Below, one piece after another: positions 59,763 to 64,000 of a DNA stretch of 64,000 nt. The notes below the pieces were generated by a model, which ran no database searches, was not told the origin of the DNA, and saw only the letters and a program-made list of their open reading frames with translations. The position numbers and the translations under genes were made by a program. The first letter of the stretch is position 1, and the number at the start of each line of letters is the position of its first letter. This DNA is from a virus (lineage: Duplodnaviria > Caudoviricetes): IMG/VR virus record IMGVR_UViG_3300026522_000022, positions 1 to 64,000 of that record; one strand, given 5' to 3'.

Positions 59763-59786
59763 TATAAATATGATAGGAGTCGAAAT

Positions 59787-60863
59787 ATGGCAGGAGATAT
59801 GGCAACAGTGGGAAATATTTCACAAATACAAGTAGGAGCAGACTTCTATAATATTGTTGGCGGTTTGTTCTATGGGAAGGTAGATTCAACATCTACCTCT
59901 ACCGCATTTACTGCCACCATATCTAATTTAAAAACACCATCATTGTATGATGGTTTAACAATAGTATTAAAAAATGGTGTAGTAACCTCTGCCAGCGGAT
60001 TTACTATTAATGTAAATGGATTAGGAGCTAAACCAGTTTATAATAATATGGCAACTGGTAATGATATAACTCCAACAGCGCCAACAAGAGATACTATAAT
60101 ATTTAACATTAATTATACGATGATGTTTATTTATAATAGCACTTTAGTTGACGGTGGTGCTTGAATTTGTTATACCGGTGCAAACAAGTACACGCACCCC
60201 GCCTACACCGCTGCCACCGCAGCTGCTGTTAAAGTGGGTCGTGATGCAACTGGTCATGTAGTCATTGGTAATGCGCTGACCGCCTCTGATGTGGGAGCTT
60301 CTGCCACAGATCACACGCACGATGCCGGTGACATAACGAGTGGTACACTTAGCACAGCCCGCATCTCAAGTCTCTCAGCCAGCAAGATTACTTACGGCAC
60401 TATGTCGCAGCTTAGAGTACAACCTATCTACTATCAGGCACATGGGTCGGGCACTATAAATCTTACAGCGGGCACCTCCACGAAGGTAACGCTCGTAAGT
60501 GAGGGCGCGCTATCCAGCGGTTCGGGCTTAGCTATAGCCTCGGGCGGAATCAAAATAACAACAGCTGGGCGCTATAGAATCACAGCAAGCGCGTATGTAC
60601 AGAATGCAGACACCGCCGCATATGGTAGGGGCGTATACGTTTGCAAGGTAGCATCATCGGGTGCTTTTAGCGCTACCGCAGAAATTTTCTCGGCTGTTGA
60701 TGCCAGGGTGGGAGCGAGCAGTGGTGCGATTTGTTGCGGTCCCAAGATAGTAGAGTGCGCTGCCAATGATATTGTCTACCTCGCGGCCCGCTCGATAAAC
60801 GCGGCAGGAACCTGTTACCAAGACAATGTGAGCACTTATTTGCTTGTTGAACGGCTTAGCTAA
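59787..60863 (+). CDS. tail fibre with GC-rich C1q/BclA-like C-terminal head (code 4, 358 aa)
   Basis: TINVNGLGAKP, YTHP and HTHDAGDITSG motifs; one TGA at 60162. Confidence 0.8.
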
Positions 60864-61101
60864 GAGGAAATAATGTATATCAACTTGATAGCGCTGGAAT
60901 CATTGAAGGAATATTTATCTGCATGGTGAGTATTAATATGCTCATTATAGTGCAAATACTATACGATTCTATTTTTTTATTCTTCTTATATATATTATAT
61001 ACATGATTTAAAAAATCATACAATAGATAAAACAAATATTAATAGAATTATAAAAAGAAGGAATTGTAAAATAATTCTTTTTAAGCAAGAAGGGGAAAAT
61101 T

Positions 61102-61371
61102 ATGCAAATTAATAAAGGTGATATTATATTAATATGCATCTTAATAGCAACTTTTTTAATTTTCGGTATAACCGAATATAATATTATAAATGGTTATGAA
61201 CAATTTGATAGTAGTGCTTGAACTGCTTTTATTGCAATCTTTGGTGGTGAATTATTAACATTTGCCTTATATAAAATTGGTAAAGCTAAGTATCAACCGA
61301 AAGATAACAATAAAGTTGTTGAAGATATTGAAGAAGAAGAAAGAGAAAAGGAGTTAGATGATAATGAGTAG
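61102..61371 (+). CDS. 2-TM membrane protein of the lysis module (code 4, 89 aa)
   Basis: Two hydrophobic helices, FGGELL, charged tail; one TGA; absent from the track. Confidence 0.75.
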
Positions 61372-61633
61372 CAAATGGACTAGCCGCAAGTTTTGGATTT
61401 CTGTTGCAGCCTTTCTTGCCTCAATTGCGACAAGTATTTCTGGTTTTGCCGTCGCAAATAGTACAATTGCAACAGTAGGTATTGTTTGCGGCGTTATAGC
61501 GGCCGCAATTTACGCAGCTGCTGAAGCTTATGTAGATGGACAATCTATTTCTACTACTACAACTCAAAAGGTAATTACTGCTACTAGTGAATCAAAAGAT
61601 GTTGTTCAATCTGCTTTAATTGAACAAAAATAA
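61358..61633 (+). CDS. holin
   Basis: KWTSRKFW followed by two TM segments and YAAAEAYVD; near the endolysin. Confidence 0.8.
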   Translation: MIMSSKWTSRKFWISVAAFLASIATSISGFAVANSTIATVGIVCGVIAAAIYAAAEAYVDGQSISTTTTQKVITATSESKDVVQSALIEQK

Positions 61634-61643
61634 AGGAGGAAGT

Positions 61644-62186
61644 ATGGCAATAGTACCAGCTCATACTCACAAAGCTTCTGATATTACTTCTGGGAGAATA
61701 TCAGATATTTATATTGAACCAACTATTTTACAATTACAAGGAAAAGGAACAAACATTAGCCTTTCTAATGGAAAAATGATAAATGTTCCTTTAGATCCTA
61801 ATTCTGCACTTCAAATTGGAAAATCGGTTTATCTTTTCCCTTATGCGGGAGGTATTCAAGTAGATACTTATGGTATTTATTTAATCTCAGCTTCCGCTTA
61901 TATTGAAGGCAGACAAGGTCAAACAGGTGCGGGCGTTTATGTCTTTTGTACTGATAATGCAAACTACTGGGGAAATGGTACAAAAGAAATCATGGGAACT
62001 TTAGCTGCCCGCAATGGCGCAATTTCTGGAAGTGTTAGTTGCGCAAGTAAATTAGTCCAACTAAACGCTGGGGATGTTATTTATTTAGTTGCTCGTTCTG
62101 TTGGAAGTAATTCAGTTTGTAGAGCAGATAATATGATGACTTTCTTACGCATAGAAAGGTTAAAGCACTTAAATTATAACCTTTAA
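61644..62186 (+). CDS. stand-alone fibre-head (C1q/BclA-like) protein
   Basis: Aligns by eye with the C-terminus of 59787-60863. Confidence 0.75.
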   Translation: MAIVPAHTHKASDITSGRISDIYIEPTILQLQGKGTNISLSNGKMINVPLDPNSALQIGKSVYLFPYAGGIQVDTYGIYLISASAYIEGRQGQTGAGVYVFCTDNANYWGNGTKEIMGTLAARNGAISGSVSCASKLVQLNAGDVIYLVARSVGSNSVCRADNMMTFLRIERLKHLNYNL

Positions 62187-62198
62187 GGAGTTAAACAT

Positions 62199-63182
62199 AT
62201 GACAAATTGTGCAAACGTAGCCGCGACTATCCATGCAAACATGTGTAATGATGCTGGATTTGGATATTCAATGGGCAACCGATGGGGTGGTGGCGCGACT
62301 CGTGTCTGAACAATTGACAATAAAAAATATGCAGTAACAGCCGGAGACTATGACTGTTCTTCTTCTTGTATTACCGCTTGAAGAAAGGCATTAGAAGGTA
62401 CTGCTTATGAAGGTACTTTGAAAAATGCTACTTATACTGGTAATATTCAAAAAGTGTTTGTCAACAGTGGATTATTTGAAGTAAAACCTTTATCATTCAT
62501 TGCACAGCGTGGAGATTTATATCTTTCCACAGGACACCATGTTGCTATGTGTCAAACCCAAACACCTGATATGTTAAGTGAATTTTCAATTAATGAAAAA
62601 GGTGGAGCTTACGGCGGACAACCAGGTGATCAAACTGGAAAAGAAGCATCTATACATGGATACTATAATTATCCATGAGGATGCATCATTCATTATAACG
62701 GAAAAGCTGATACGGTGCAGCCCGCGCCAGCTCCGCAAAAACCTTTAGGATATAGCACAAAACTTTATCAAAGTAATAATACGCCAGCGCAGCAATTTAC
62801 GATTGAAAAAGTCGATAATAATTATGTTGCATTAAAAAATATTGAGCGTAATATGTATTTAGATGTTAAAAATGGGGCTAAAGCAGATCATACTCCTGTT
62901 CGAGTATGAGAAGGTAAAAAAACATTAGCACAACAATGAAAATTAATTGAAATTAAAACAGATAAAGCTATTCTTTATGAATTCGAACCAAAATGTGCAC
63001 CGGGTATGCGCTTAGACGCTATACAAGGTGGTACTGTTAATAAAACGGGTCTGCAAATTCATCCTAAAAATGGGACTGCCGCACAAAGATGGCAGTTTAT
63101 TGATAGTGGTGACGGAATTTATAGAATTGCAAGTTCAAAATCAGGGTTAATGATTGACGCAGGAGCAGGTGTACAACCATAA
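62199..63182 (+). CDS. endolysin: NlpC/P60-CHAP-like Cys-His peptidase plus ricin-B-type lectin repeats (code 4, 327 aa)
   Basis: YDCSSS, RGDLYL...HHVAM, GDQTGKE; AQQF/AQQW/AQRW repeats with YLDV/RLDA; 5 TGA. Confidence 0.85.
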
Positions 63183-63190
63183 ACTTTCTT

Positions 63191-63231
63191 AAAAAAATAA
63201 AGGGCGCTCACCGGAGCGCCCTTATTTTTTT
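63191..63231. terminator. bidirectional intrinsic terminator
   Basis: A-tract AAGGGCGCTC...GAGCGCCCTT T-tract between convergent genes. Confidence 0.85.
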
Positions 63232-63233
63232 GT

Positions 63234-63725
63234 TTAAAAAGCAGACATTTTTTTATTTTTTTCTACTAATCCCGCAAGACCTATACAAATTGCATCACAT
63301 TCATCTTCTGTTGCTTCAACACTAAACTTTTGCCGCACTAATTCTTGTGCGGCCTTTTTTTGTTCTGCACGAACTTTTCCAAAATTAATTTTATATTTTT
63401 CTTTTAAAATACTTCTTCAATGACTAGGCGATAAAATACTAAATTTATGTTCAGTATTATAACATCATATCATAATTGTGGCTTGGACATAAGCTAATTT
63501 TTTATAAGTTTCTTTATTTTGTTGAGCTTGTATATCTTCAAAAAATACATTATCAAAATTAAATTCTTCTTCAATCAAAGATAATCTTTGCATTAAAGTT
63601 GATAATCTTTGTTCTATTGGTTTATTAGCGGGGATTGTAAAATGACCATGACCTATTAGTTTAGAATTTTCAAATACAGCTCATCCTGTAGTTTGTAGAG
63701 CTTGATCTAAAGCTAAATAAATCAT
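63234..63725 (-). CDS. ruvC: RuvC-like Holliday junction resolvase (code 4, 163 aa)
   Basis: ALDQALQTTGWAVF, FFEDIQ, SPSHWRS, DECDAICIG; 3 TGA; absent from the track. Confidence 0.85.
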
Positions 63726-63727
63726 AA

Positions 63728-64000
63728 TTAATCTCCCGTACTGCCAAAACCACCCCTACTATTTGTTCCAAGAGAAGAAACAGTGGTAAATTTAATGTTA
63801 GGTTGGCGCTGTTGAATCCTAAATTGACAAAGTCGAGTATGCGCAGGGATAATTACATCCCTTGTAGCATATGCGGGAAAGGCTCAAATATCATCGTCTC
63901 CGCAATAACTATTATCAATAATTCCGATACTATTAGTTTGAAGAACTCCCCATTTCTTAAAAGTAGAACTGCGGGGTGCAATAATAGCTTCAAAACCTTG
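63728..64000 (-). CDS. dut: dUTPase, 3' part (code 4)
   Basis: [22 protein letters not shown] motifs; TGA in DDIW. Confidence 0.92.

Noticed and set aside
61358-61366. Lambda-type holin/antiholin dual start (Met-Ile-Met)
   Set aside because: No positively charged residue between the starts, so support is weak
8190-61983. Minus-strand track ORFs in the structural region (e.g. 28035-28586, 41274-41807)
   Set aside because: Antisense shadows of long plus-strand genes
7084-64000. Pseudogenisation or sequencing errors as the cause of fragmented ORFs
   Set aside because: Breaks are exclusively in-frame TGA, with no frameshifts or internal TAA/TAG seen, and they fall at Trp positions
7084-64000. 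TGA as selenocysteine or glycine
   Set aside because: Too frequent for Sec, and internal repeats pair TGA with TGG
1-64000. Suppressor tRNA, release factor, CRISPR array, DGR or integrase
   Set aside because: No cloverleaf, repeat-spacer array, reverse transcriptase or recombinase recognised by eye; the recoding machinery is presumably outside the window (tRNAscan/ARAGORN not run)

Overview
This window is part of a large tailed (siphovirus-like) phage genome in which TGA is read as Trp (genetic code 4) over most of the sequence. The supplied ORF track therefore fragments most genes. Reading through TGA restores continuous genes, all ending in TAA/TAG, including a 2908-aa tape measure protein. 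Layout: (i) 1-6.5 kb is a minus-strand early region of small TGA-free genes, packed with sigma70-type promoters (many with no ORF), hairpins and repeated palindromic operator-like boxes (LexA/SOS-like, DtxR/MntR-like, TTACA-N2-TGTAA). (ii) 6.5-7 kb is a GC-rich non-coding strand switch, possibly a genome end or packaging region. (iii) 7-63.2 kb is a plus-strand morphogenesis/lysis region: a Zn-finger/HTH protein, a putative small terminase, a large terminase split by two group I introns (the second encoding a GIY-YIG endonuclease), portal, protease/scaffold, capsid, neck/tail genes, tape measure, large tail/baseplate proteins, several fibre-like proteins, a GT2-TPR glycosyltransferase, holin and endolysin. 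(iv) 63.2-64 kb holds minus-strand RuvC-like and dUTPase genes, also TGA-recoded. A bipartite motif GGGYAAR-N24-TTTKAA precedes several late units. I found no tRNA, CRISPR array or integrase. Coordinates and counts were derived by hand, and product names come from motifs and synteny, not database searches.
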